Shown here piece by piece: positions 1-23,000 of a DNA stretch of 64,000 bases. The position numbers and the translations under genes were made by a program. Numbering within the stretch: the first letter of the stretch is position 1; every line of letters starts with the position of its first letter. Source of the stretch: Amoebidium appalachense (lineage: Eukaryota > Protista > Ichthyosporea); contig CAVNZM010000009.1 of assembly GCA_963693365.1 (NCBI GenBank), positions 1,676,231 through 1,740,230 of the forward strand, read 5' to 3'. The notes under the pieces were generated by a model. The model worked only from the letters and a program-made list of their open reading frames with translations, did not search any database and was not told where the DNA came from.

Positions 1-7446
<7,446 letters not shown>

Positions 7447-7756
7447 TTTGTCTTCTAATAGCGACATTATTCGCTGGGAGCACGCATTATCACTAACCCA
7501 GAAACTGTGTGTCTTCGAATTGCACTATCCTCAACCGAGGTTGCGCTCCATACGAAAATGCGTGTAGGCCTAAAAAAAACCCCCGAAAAAAACGTCGAAC
7601 TATGTGGAGAAGAACATGCCACACGGTACCAGCCTGCAGTTGTAAGCGTGAGGTTTCAAGAATCTTTTCCAACTGAACTCTATGGTTCTCAGTGTAACGT
7701 ACGGTGCTTGCAGTACATATCGTTTGCGCTCGCGACGGATCGAATCTAGAAATTTT

Positions 7757-10383
<2,627 letters not shown>

Positions 10384-11555
10384 CAGCGGCGAATGATCAG
10401 CTAATCATGATGAGCGCTGCATGAGAAGAGGACAATCACTTTACATGCGATAACTTTGAAAAAAAGTGGAAAGTGCCCTTCTGGCACAGCACGCATCGAT
10501 AGTCAAGCCAGCGCAGTAGCCTGTTACAATGCGGGTGTGCACGTTGTGGCAGTATGTTTTGCGCTGCGTTTTGGGCTGGTATCTGCCAATTGCCCTCCCC
10601 CCTTCTTCTTTCCCTCCTCAAAGCTCAACCCCAAAAGGGGGGGGGAGAGGGGGGTAATCAACAAGAACATGCCAACGGTTACCACTCACCTTTCTTTTCC
10701 ATTCCTTTTCCGTTTTTTTCTTTTCTTCTTTAGTGCAGCCGTCCAATACTCGAGTGTTCGTCTACTTCATGGAGTAAATGGCCAACAAGGTTCATAAATG
10801 TCCACACAGTGGCAAAGTAGCTTGATAGAAAAAGATTGATCGGTGCCGAGTCTCACAGGTTTATAAAAAGCTTTAGCGAATAATACTCAATACAATGTTA
10901 ATCAACGAGTGGCTCGTACAAGTCAGCCTTTCAACTGCACGAAACCATCAGCAAAATTTACCCCTTGTTATCCATTGTGAACCACTGCTCATATGAGACA
11001 TTGAGAAATATTGCTAACTATTGCACTGTTTATTAGTATTAACAAACCACGTGGATAATGGTTTCTAATATGACGTGCTTAGTTACCGTGCATGGTGATG
11101 CATACCGTTCATTATTAAGTATCGGTGCAGAAAAGTTTAGAAAACCATACCATCACCATATATCGTACCGTTTCATATGATTTTTTAATATTATTATCTC
11201 CACATGTACGTATCTTTAAATTTCTGAGATACAGTGCGGTCACGCACCTAGGGTGCACGTGTATAGGCTATTGGCACTTGAGGTGATCTATAAATGAAAG
11301 AAATAAAAATAAATATAAATATAAAAAGGGGGGGGGGGGTTTAAAAAAGAGGGGGGGGGGGGGGGGGGCACCCATGCGTGTTTTGCAGGTACACTTGTGC
11401 TCTCCATTCAATGTTCCCTCATATTTCAAAAGAAAAACCCGTGCATTTTAAATGCTGAGGGGGAGGGAGGAGGGAAAAAAAAAAAGAAAAAGAAAAAAAA
11501 AAAAAAAAAAAAAAAGCAACACCCGAGTGGGACTCGAACTTTGGGAGGAGTCGGC

Positions 11556-11593
<38 letters not shown>

Positions 11594-13345
11594 GTTGAAA
11601 TATTAGGGCCTGTGTGTAATGAATCGATCATGTATGATCATGAATTTTGCTGATGTCTGCAGGGAAAGACGAGAATTCTTGGTACACCTTTTTTGCACCA
11701 AATCATAATCATTACTATTTAGAGGGGTATGCGCTTTTTATTCTTGACATGCATGTGAGGTTGTGATGAGGTTCCTGATATTAGCATGATAGCTCATCAA
11801 AAACACAGAGCTTTGGGTTATAACCCTGGCAGATCTAGAATTCATATGAATTATTGACCTCTCGCAGGGTTTGCATCTCAACCCGGAAAATGCTGTGCTC
11901 TAACCCTTTACAGGGGACCATCATTCATCAAGATGGGTCGTTTGAATTTAGAAACTCCCCCGGATATCGCCCCGATACGATGGAGATTGTAACGCCCTGA
12001 AAAACTAAAAATAAAGCTCTTAGTACTGACTCTCGCGGCTTTTCACTGTGGATTCATGGTAACCAATAATAATTCTCCAACCTTTTGAATTTTCATGACC
12101 AGTGGCAATGAAAGATTGTTTTCCACTCAAATCAATTACACATCAATCAACTTTCTCATCAACTTGAACCGATCTACCCGTTTTGCCCAATGGCAGTCGC
12201 CATCGTGCAAGCCGGATATCGCCACGTTTTTCTTTTTTTTGTAACGGACAAAGAGTTGAGCTCAAAGTTTTTTTCTTTTCTAAAGTTTTTTTCTGAACGG
12301 CTGGCAGTCTCGACCCCAAGTTTTCATGATCACCAGACCTTTCTTTCCCAAGCGTTTGGTTTTAAAGTTTATTGGTCCTTATGCTTTTCAAATGTGGAAA
12401 ATTGTTTTGAAAGAATTGCATGCGCGCTCAAATTGAAAATGATGTGCATTTCGCGAAGCAAACGTGTACAGTGCGGACAAATAGGTGTGGTGTGCAGCAA
12501 GTGTGCGGAACTTTTAGTCGTGCCATTATTTCTGGACCTGTTGCACAGAATGGACGAGTTGACTACCTCCTAGGCTGTGGAAATGTTACAGGTTATTTTG
12601 GAAAGTCTCTACCGGTATGATGCATCAAGCATTTTGCCCTGAGACAGTTAATCAAAGACAAGAGGTCAGAACAAACCCGTCCAGCCTTTCAGTGCCTCCC
12701 CCTGCACAGCTCCGGTAGCCCCAAACCTGTAGCCTTGTGAAGATTCGTCGTCTTGGAACAGCCGCAAACCCATAGGCCTATGAAGATGTATTGCGTTTCT
12801 TTAAGAAGTTGGATCCATTCATTTAGACGTGAAGGCGAGGCGTGATTTTGAAGCAAGTCAGTACTGTGCCCATTGGACAACGGATGTTCTTTCTGCATTC
12901 ACCTTCTCCCCACCTTTCCTTCCTCCCCATCTCTTGCCCGACGCTTGCATGCTTTTTTGTTGCTGCTCCTACTGGACGCAAATACATAGGCTGTTTGCAT
13001 CTTGTGAATGGTTGCTGGCTAGTTGCAGACGGGGTGGGTGTGAATTGTGTTGCTCACACCTATTTCCTTCTCACAATTGTCTTTCAGGCCGGTTCGACGA
13101 TTCCCTTGACCCTACCTATGCCTCCACGCTTGGGCGGCCTTGGGTTTTACTGCTGCGATTATGGAGCAAATGGTTCCGCGGGAACTTGACGGCAACAAGG
13201 AGCTGGAGGCTTAGCTCTTGGCCATACCATGAGATTTGTGGGACTGATGTTCACGATAATGTGCCCGGAAAAGTTTGAGGTGTGTTTTCCCCGCTGCCAC
13301 CATGTCTCGAATCCTCTCCCTTAGAGATCTCTTCCTGTCTCCCTC

Positions 13346-13377
<32 letters not shown>

Positions 13378-13581
13378 GCCGTCCGCCCGCCCGCCCGCCC
13401 GCCCGCCCGCCCGCCCGCCCGCCCGCCCGGGGCACCTTCTCTCTCTCCCTGTGTTTCTGGAAGTATGATATAAAAATTTGTTAACATGATATGAGGCTGC
13501 TTGAAACAAACGATAGAACTACCGAAAAACAAATCACCACAATAACACAAACCGTCCCCCTTAAGCCTTTCTCCCCCTCCC

Positions 13582-14346
13582 TGTTGGAGTACACTGGTAC
13601 TCCCGGCTAGCAATGTCTGTTAGAGAAAGTTTCTGAGCAATTGAATAACTGTTTCAACACTCACTCGAGTGCATAGAGCTTTTGTTTACGGTCATATTCA
13701 TATATGGTAGTTATATGTTTGAGCCAAAACTGTACCAATGACGAGCTTCACTAGCAACGTGCTAATTGTGCTCATTAATTAATATTCCCGGTTCAGATGA
13801 TGTCATGTCTATATTTGCCACAGGATTCTATTCTTAGAGTGGTAGTGTGCTTTATTCCCGGATATTCTCAGAATATTTTTAGTTGTGTGAAGCAAGATTT
13901 ACGTTTAACTGCAATTGGTGTGTTAAACACGTTTATTTGTGTGCTTTAGTGCAAGTTAACTAGCCACTCAACGTGCACAGTTAACTTTTATATCTTTAAC
14001 GACTTGTTTTCATTGTGCTCTCTTTTCGGCCATGCTGTACATGGCCCACCACCAGGGTGCACACGAGGCCACCATGAGGTGGCCAACGACTATATAAAGC
14101 AGTGCCTCCCATGTCACAAACATGGGAAGCAGAACGTTTGATTTACACTTTTCTACTGTCGTTTCCAGTGCACAAAACACATAGACTAGTTACCCATCAT
14201 ACACGACACTATGTCTGACAACTTACAGTTGCAGCAACTAGTCCAACTACTGGAGCAGAGGTTGGCCTCACAAGATGCAATCATTTCTGACTTACAGAAG
14301 GAACAACGTGCACTAGAACTAGCTTCTATGAACACAATGTCCAACA
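13582..14346 (+). repeat. LTR 1 (5' LTR of outer element), 765 bp
   Basis: TG...CA ends, 7-bp terminal inverted repeat, TATATAAA at ~14091. The gag ATG (14211) lies inside the LTR. Confidence 0.97.
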
Positions 14347-17300
14347 GGGTTATGGGCCCCTCACGTAATGATTCCATCAAGTTCAAGGTCGACATCCCTC
14401 TCTTCACTGGCATTGATAATGATTCAGGCACGGACTACCACACATGGGCCGAAACCATGTATGTCCAGCTTTCTGGTGCTGGTCTTCTCCACACCATCGC
14501 GCCCAGTACGGAGCACCCGGCTACCCGTGAACAGGTCGACACTGCCCGTTCCTACCTGTGGCAAGCACTCTCGGTTGACGTGCGTTGTATCCTAGGGTTA
14601 ACACGCACCACCACACCTGCGGAGATATGGTCGGCCCTATCTGCCCACTACCTGGAGCAATCTGAGGCCAATCAGTACGACCTTATCGGGCTGTACATGA
14701 ATTCTACGCCTGAACCTACGGACACCGCGACGAAATACGCCATGAAACTCCGCGGCTACGTGCGGCGCCTGGCCGATTACGGCACACAAATTGGTGATGC
14801 TCAAGTGCTGACCAAGCTCACCAACGACCTCGGCAAGGTGCCTTACTACGAAATGCCTGTAATTGCCTACAAGATGACACCCAAGCCTACCGTGATGGGC
14901 CTCCTCCAACAGCTACGGGCATATGAGACCAGCCACCCACGTGCACGTGTGACTACCAGCTCCGGGCCGGCCGCCTTCACCACACGGGCTCCTCAACCTG
15001 TCATCTGCCACGGCTGCGGCAAACCAGGCCACATCAAGTCTCAGTGCCCCAACGGCAACGGCCAACACAGCAACTCTGGCAACAACCGTGGCAGCACCTA
15101 CCCCAAGGGTTCCTGCGTCAACCACCCACTGTCTACCAGTCACACTACCGCCATGTGCAAGGGGGGCAACCGTGCCAACGGCCGCAAACCTAAGGGTGGT
15201 CCCCTCCCGCCTGGGTCCTGCATCAACCACCCTGCCTCTACTACCCACACTACGGCACAGTGCAAGGGGGGGGCTGCCGCTCCCCGGGCTTTCCTCATGT
15301 CTAGCAACGACTGTGGCACCAACAAGGTGCTCCTCGACTCTGGAGCCACTGACCATGTGTGCCCCCGGCCCGATGTGTTCATCAACATGCGTGCGGCGCC
15401 TTACTCCACGGTCCAAGTAGCCGACAAGGGTGCATGTGCAGTGCTTGGGGTGGGCGACGTGTTCTTTTCCAGCACCATCGACGGCGTTACTGCGGTGCAT
15501 CAGCTGACGGATGTACTCTACGTGCCCTCCATCCCCGACACTCTCATCAGTGTGTTCACGGCAACTACCAACGGTGTTTTACCCCGCTTTGACACCCGCG
15601 GCGGCGTTAAGTTGTGCTACGGCGATCAAATTCTGGCCACCGGCTCGGCTGTCGGCACCAAGCTGTACCACATGGCGGTGTCTCTTCTGCGCGCGGACAC
15701 AACCCCGGACGCCCAAACCACCACTGCTCCGCGTATCCTCAAGGTTACTGCCGACCTCAACACGTGGCACTACCGTCTGGGCCATGCTGGCATTGACGCT
15801 GTACGCTCGGTCATCAAGTCTGCAGGCCTGTTGGTGGGTGGCGGTGCCAAGTCTCCGGGTGTGTGTGAGCCCTGTGCCCTCGGCAAAGCCCACCGTGTTG
15901 CCTTCTCCGAATCAACTAGCCAAGCTCCCCGGGTCCTAGCCAAGGTTCACAGCGACATCAGCGGCCCCTTCCCTCCCGCGATCGGTGGTGCTCAGTACTT
16001 GGCGACGTTCCACGACGAATTCACCGGCCACACCACGGCCGTGCCCCTCGTCAAGAAGTCGGACACACTGGCTGCATATGTGACGTACCACAAGGCGGCG
16101 GTTACCCAACACGGTGTTCCCATGCAGGTGTTTCAGTCCGACGGGGGGGCGAGTACATGGGCACGGCCTTCGGGGACTACAACCGTGAGCATGGCATTCG
16201 CCATCAGATCACTACCACCGGCTCTCCTCAACAGAATGGGACTGCCGAACGACTGAACCGGACCCTCCTCGACATGGTTCGGGCACTCCTGCAGCAGTCC
16301 GGCCTTCCGGTGGGATTCTGGGCCGAGGCAGCTGTGACCGCGGCTTTTATACGCAACATGCTCCCGTCGCGAGCCACCGGCAGCCAATCGTCTCCCGCCC
16401 TGCTGTGGACCGGCATTCCTCCCGACTACAGCCGGCTCCGTGTCTGGGGCTCTCCCTGCTACGTCCATCAACAGGATACACCGAAACTGGCGCCTCGTGC
16501 CGTCAAGGGCATCTTCGTGGGCTACCCTCCTAACATCAAGGGCTACAAGGTCTGGATTCCAGCAGCACACAAGATGACCGTCAGCCGTGACGTGCAGTTC
16601 GACGAGGCTGCTATTCTGCACCCCCTCCGTGATGTCCCATCTGATTGGTCGACCGCACCGGCAATTCATCATTTTTTGGAGTCATCTGATTCGTCAAATC
16701 AGCCAGCCAATCACATCGTCCGGAATGATCAGCAATCTGATTCGTCTCGTCTGTCAGCCAATGGGACAGCGCCGAGTGATCAATTGGACATTCCGATCCT
16801 GCCCGAGCCTGCACATCGGCTCCCCCGGACGACCCGTAGTGGCGCTGTGTACAACGACCAACGTCGAGGCCCGACTGCCAACGTGGCTGCTGCTACGGCC
16901 CCCCTTGCCCCCCAGGCTACGGCTCCTGCATCAACACCCATCAAGGCTTCCACCATTGTTGTCCCCAAGACTGTCCGGGCTGCACTCAAGAGTCCCCAGC
17001 GTCTGAAATGGGAGGAGGCTGCACACCGTGAGCTCAAGGCCCTGGAAGACAACGGCACCTTCACCCTTGTGCCCCGTCCAGAGGATGGCTCCACTGTCAT
17101 TCCGGTCGGCTGGGTCTTTACGGTCAAGCAGGACAACGTCGGCAACGTCACTGCTTTCAAGGCCCGGCTTGTGGCCCGGGGCAACTACCAGCAGCCTGGC
17201 CAGGACTATTTCGTCACCGAGTCACCTGTGGCTGCGCTGGCTACCATCCGGCTGGTTTTGGCTACCTCCGTGGCCCAAGGTCTGCCTCTGCGCCACATCG

Positions 17301-18404
17301 ACGTCAACACAGCATTCCTCAACGGCACCGTCAACGAGACCATCTACATTGAGCAGCCCCCTGGCTTCGTCAACCCCTCGGCCCCCCATGCTGTCGGCTT
17401 GCTCCACAAGGCGCTCTACGGCCTAAAACAGGCACCGCGCCAGTGGTATGAGGCCCTCCGTGACCATCTCCTCGACCAAGGCTTCATTGTGAGTGCTGCT
17501 GACCCGTGCCTGTTCATCAAGAATGCCGGGACCCCAACATTTATTGCCCTTGCTGCCTACGTGGATGACTTCACCGTGACGGCCGCCACTGATGCGCTCA
17601 TCGACGATTTTTTCACCAAGCTGGATGCTCGTTTCTCTGCCAAGGACCTGGGTCGTCCTACCCTGCTCATCGGGCACACTCTTACCTGGCTGGAGGACGG
17701 GTCTCTGCGTCTGGGCCATCGTCAACACATCATCGACTTGGCTGCCCGTTTTCGTCTCACCCACATGTCCGGCACCAAGACCCCCATCGTCCCGGGCCAG
17801 GCCAGTGAAAGCAACAAGACCCCAGCCTACAGCAAGAAGGAGGACTATGCCAGCCTGGTCGGTGCCCTGCTGTGGATTGCGCGTACCACCCGCCCCGACA
17901 TTTCCCAGGCTCTGGGAGTCCTTACTCGACACATTCATGCGCCCACCGTCACCCACTGGACTATGGCTACCAGAGTTGTAAGCTACCTGCTGGCCACCAT
18001 CGACCTGGGTATTGTCTACCGTCCCGGCCCCCCCAACCTTGTTGGCTACTCCGACTCCGACTACGCCGAGGACCGCGACACCCGGCGCTCCACCACGGGC
18101 TATGTCTTCTTCATAAACTCCTCCCCTGTGTCCTGGGTGTCTCGGCTCCAGTCCATCACCACCCACAGCTCCACTGAGGCTGAATTTGTGGCCATGTCTG
18201 CTGCTACGAACGAGGCCCTATGGCTCAACTATGTGATGGACGACCTGGGCCTTAATCCTATCAATGAGCCCACCCCGGTGCCCATCCATGGGGACAATGA
18301 GTCTGCCCGGGCCCTGCTGGACACCCTGGGGGTTAAGCCCAAGACCAAGCACATCGACGTCCGCTACTGCTCCGTCAAGGAACATCACCTGCTGGGCAAC
18401 ATCA
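14211..18404 (+). pseudogene. Copia gag-pol polyprotein of the outer element, frameshifted at 16143-16149 and split in RNase H by the nested insertion (tail at 24290-24393)
   Basis: CHGCGKPGHIKSQC zinc knuckle, LLDSGAT protease, WHYRLGH..CEPC integrase zinc finger, HSD/QSDGG/PQQNGTAER integrase core, KARLVARG, DVNTAFLNG, LYGLKQAPRQW, YVDD RT motifs, YSDSDYA/SSTEAEF/TKHIDVRY RNase H. Confidence 0.93.
14347..14360 (+). promoter_or_regulatory. Primer-binding site complementary to the anticodon arm of initiator tRNA-Met (half-tRNA priming); second copy at 19170-19183
   Basis: GGGTTATGGGCCCC directly after the LTR, instead of TGG..., as in Drosophila copia-type (Hemivirus) elements. Confidence 0.85.
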
Positions 18405-19169
18405 TGTTGGAGTACACTGGTACTCCCGGCTAGCAATGTCTGTTAGAGAAAGTTTCTGAGCAATTGAATAACTGTTTCAACACTCACTCGAGTGCATAGA
18501 GCTTTTGTTTACGGTCATATTCATATATGGTAGTTATATGTTTGAGCCAAAACTGTACCAATGACGAGCTTCACTAGCAACGTGCTAATTGTGCTCATTA
18601 ATTAATATTCCCGGTTCAGATGATGTCATGTCTATATTTGCCACAGGATTCTATTCTTAGAGTGGTAGTGTGCTTTATTCCCGGATATTCTCAGAATATT
18701 TTTAGTTGTGTGAAGCAAGATTTACGTTTAACTGCAATTGGTGTGTTAAACACGTTTATTTGTGTGCTTTAGTGCAAGTTAACTAGCCACTCAACGTGCA
18801 CAGTTAACTTTTATATCTTTAACGACTTGTTTTCATTGTGCTCTCTTTTCGGCCATGCTGTACATGGCCCACCACCAGGGTGCACACGAGGCCACCATGA
18901 GGTGGCCAACGACTATATAAAGCAGTGCCTCCCATGTCACAAACATGGGAAGCAGAACGTTTGATTTACACTTTTCTACTGTCGTTTCCAGTGCACAAAA
19001 CACATAGACTAGTTACCCATCATACACGACACTATGTCTGACAACTTACAGTTGCAGCAACTAGTCCAACTACTGGAGCAGAGGTTGGCCTCACAAGATG
19101 CAATCATTTCTGACTTACAGAAGGAACAACGTGCACTAGAACTAGCTTCTATGAACACAATGTCCAACA
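18405..19169 (+). repeat. LTR 2 (5' LTR of inner element)
   Basis: 765 bp, identical by eye to LTR 1. Confidence 0.97.
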
Positions 19170-20017
19170 GGGTTATGGGCCCCTCACGTAATGATTCCAT
19201 CAAGTTCAAGGTCGACATCCCTCTCTTCACTGGCATTGATAATGATTCAGGCACGGACTACCACACATGGGCCGAAACCATGTATGTCCAGCTTTCTGGT
19301 GCTGGTCTTCTCCACACCATCGCGCCCAGTACGGAGCACCCGGCTACCCGTGAACAGGTCGACACTGCCCGTTCCTACCTGTGGCAAGCACTCTCGGTTG
19401 ACGTGCGTTGTATCCTAGAGTTAACACGCACCACCACACCTGCGGAGATATGGTCGGCCCTATCTGCCCACTACCTGGAGCAATCTGAGGCCAATCAGTA
19501 CGACCTTATCGGGCTGTACATGAATTCTACGCCTGAACCTACGGACACCGCGACGAAATACGCCATGAAACTCCGCGGCTACGTGCGGCGCCTGGCCGAT
19601 TACGGCACACAAATTGGTGATGCTCAAGTGCTGACCAAGCTCACCAACGACCTCGGCAAGGTGCCTTACTACGAAATGCCTGTAATTGCCTACAAGATGA
19701 CACCCAAGCCTACCGTGATGGGCCTCCTCCAACAGCTACGGGCATATGAGACCAGCCACCCACGTGCACGTGTGACTACCAGCTCCGGGCCGGCCGCCTT
19801 CACCACACGGGCTCCTCAACCTGTCATCTGCCACGGCTGCGGCAAACCAGGCCACATCAAGTCTCAGTGCCCCAACGGCAACGGCCAACACAGCAACTCT
19901 GGCAACAACCGTGGCAGCACCTACCCCAAGGGTTCCTGCGTCAACCACCCACTGTCTACCAGTCACACTACCGCCATGTGCAAGGGGGGCAACCGTGCCA
20001 ACGGCCGCAAACCCTAA
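19034..20017 (+). CDS. gag: Copia Gag (327 aa) of the inner element
   Basis: ORF with a CX2CX4HX4C knuckle, ending AAA CCC TAA. Confidence 0.85.
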   Translation: MSDNLQLQQLVQLLEQRLASQDAIISDLQKEQRALELASMNTMSNRVMGPSRNDSIKFKVDIPLFTGIDNDSGTDYHTWAETMYVQLSGAGLLHTIAPSTEHPATREQVDTARSYLWQALSVDVRCILELTRTTTPAEIWSALSAHYLEQSEANQYDLIGLYMNSTPEPTDTATKYAMKLRGYVRRLADYGTQIGDAQVLTKLTNDLGKVPYYEMPVIAYKMTPKPTVMGLLQQLRAYETSHPRARVTTSSGPAAFTTRAPQPVICHGCGKPGHIKSQCPNGNGQHSNSGNNRGSTYPKGSCVNHPLSTSHTTAMCKGGNRANGRKP

Positions 20018-23000
20018 GGGTGGTCCCCTCCCGCCTGGGTCCTGCATCAACCACCCTGCCTCTACTACCCACACTACGGCACAGTGCAAGGGGGGGGCTG
20101 CCGCTCCCCGGGCTTTCCTCATGTCTAGCAACGACTGTGGCACCAACAAGGTGCTCCTCGACTCTGGAGCCACTGACCATGTGTGCCCCCGGCCCGATGT
20201 GTTCATCAACATGCGTGCGGCGCCTTACTCCACGGTCCAAGTAGCCGACAAGGGTGCATGTGCAGTGCTTGGGGTGGGCGACGTGTTCTTTTCCAGCACC
20301 ATCGACGGCGTTACTGCGGTGCATCAGCTGACGGATGTACTCTACGTGCCCTCCATCCCCGACACTCTCATCAGTGTGTTCACGGCAACTACCAACGGTG
20401 TTTTACCCCGCTTTGACACCCGCGGCGGCGTTAAGTTGTGCTACGGCGATCAAATTCTGGCCACCGGCTCGGCTGTCGGCACCAAGCTGTACCACATGGC
20501 GGTGTCTCTTCTGCGCGCGGACACAACCCCGGACGCCCAAACCACCACTGCTCCGCGTATCCTCAAGGTTACTGCCGACCTCAACACGTGGCACTACCGT
20601 CTGGGCCATGCTGGCATTGACGCTGTACGCTCGGTCATCAAGTCTGCAGGCCTGTTGGTGGGTGGCGGTGCCAAGTCTCCGGGTGTGTGTGAGCCCTGTG
20701 CCCTCGGCAAAGCCCACCGTGTTGCCTTCTCCGAATCAACTAGCCAAGCTCCCCGGGTCCTAGCCAAGGTTCACAGCGACATCAGCGGCCCCTTCCCTCC
20801 CGCGATCGGTGGTGCTCAGTACTTGGCGACGTTCCACGACGAATTCACCGGCCACACCACGGCCGTGCCCCTCGTCAAGAAGTCGGACACACTGGCTGCA
20901 TATGTGACGTACCACAAGGCGGCGGTTACCCAACACGGTGTTCCCATGCAGGTGTTTCAGTCCGACGGGGGGGGCGAGTACATGGGCACGGCCTTCGGGG
21001 ACTACAATCGTGAGCATGGCATTCGCCATCAGATCACTACCACCGGCTCTCCTCAACAGAATGGGACTGCCGAACGACTGAACCGGACCCTCCTCGACAT
21101 GGTTCGGGCACTCCTGCAGCAGTCCGGCCTTCCGGTGGGATTCTGGGCCGAGGCAGCTGTGACCGCGGCTTTTATACGCAACATGCTCCCGTCGCGAGCC
21201 ACCGGCAGCCAATCGTCTCCCGCCCTGCTGTGGACCGGCATTCCTCCCGACTACAGCCGGCTCCGTGTCTGGGGCTCTCCCTGCTACGTCCATCAACAGG
21301 ATACACCGAAACTGGCGCCTCGTGCCGTCAAGGGCATCTTCGTGGGCTACCCTCCTAACATCAAGGGCTACAAGGTCTGGATTCCAGCAGCACACAAGAT
21401 GACCGTCAGCCGTGACGTGCAGTTCGACGAGGCTGCTATTCTGCACCCCCTCCGTGATGTCCCATCTGATTGGTCGACCGCACCGGCAATTCATCATTTT
21501 TTGGAGTCATCTGATTCGTCAAATCAGCCAGCCAATCACATCGTCCGGAATGATCAGCAATCTGATTCGTCTCGTCTGTCAGCCAATGGGACAGCGCCGA
21601 GTGATCAATTGGACATTCCGATCCTGCCCGAGCCTGCACATCGGCTCCCCCGGACGACCCGTAGTGGCGCTGTGTACAACGACCAACGTCGATGCCCGAC
21701 TGCCAACGTGGCTGCTGCTACGGCCCCCCTTGCCCCCCAGGCTACGGCTCCTGCATCAACACCCATCAAGGCTTCCACCATTGTTGTCCCCAAGACTGTC
21801 CGGGCTGCACTCAAGAGTCCCCAGCGTCTGAAATGGGAGGAGGCTGCACACCGTGAGCTCAAGGCCCTGGAAGACAACGGCACCTTCACCCTTGTGCCCC
21901 GTCCAGAGGATGGCTCCACTGTCATTCCGGTCGGCTGGGTCTTTACGGTCAAGCAGGACAACGTCGGCAACGTCACTGCTTTCAAGGCCCGGCTTGTGGC
22001 CCGGGGCAACTACCAGCAGCCTGGCCAGGACTATTTCGTCACCGAGTCACCTGTGGCTGCGCTGGCTACCATCAGGCTGGTTTTGGCTACCTCCGTGGCC
22101 CAAGGTCTGCCTCTGCGCCACATCGACGTCAACACAGCATTCCTCAACGGCACCGTCAACGAGACCATCTACATTGAGCAGCCCCCTGGCTTCGTCAACC
22201 CCTCGGCCCCCCATGCTGTCGGCTTGCTCCACAAGGCGCTCTACGGCCTAAAACAGGCACCGCGCCAGTGGTATGAGGCCCTCCGTGACCATCTCCTCGA
22301 CCAAGGCTTCATTGTGAGTGCTGCTGACCCGTGCCTGTTCATCAAGAATGCCGGGACCCCAACATTTATTGCCCTTGCTGCCTACGTGGATGACTTCACC
22401 GTGACGGCCGCCACTGATGCGCTCATCGACGATTTTTTCACCAAGCTGGATGCTCGTTTCTCTGCCAAGGACCTGGGTCGTCCTACCCTGCTCATCGGGC
22501 ACACTCTTACCTGGCTGGAGGACGGGTCTCTGCGTCTGGGCCATCGTCAACACATCATCGACTTGGCTGCCCGTTTTCGTCTCACCCACATGTCCGGCAC
22601 CAAGACCCCCATCGTCCCGGGCCAGGCCAGTGAAAGCAACAAGACCCCAGCCTACAGCAAGAAGGAGGACTATGCCAGCCTGGTCGGTGCCCTGCTGTGG
22701 ATTGCGCGTACCACCCGCCCCGACATTTCCCAGGCTCTGGGAGTCCTTACTCGACACATTCATGCGCCCACCGTCACCCACTGGACTATGGCTACCAGAG
22801 TTGTAAGCTACCTGCTGGCCACCATCGACCTGGGTATTGTCTACCGTCCCGGCCCCCCCAACCTTGTTGGCTACTCCGACTCCGACTACGCCGAGGACCG
22901 CGACACCCGGCGCTCCACCACGGGCTATGTCTTCTTCATAAACTCCTCCCCTGTGTCCTGGGTGTCTCGGCTCCAGTCCATCACCACCCACAGCTCCACT

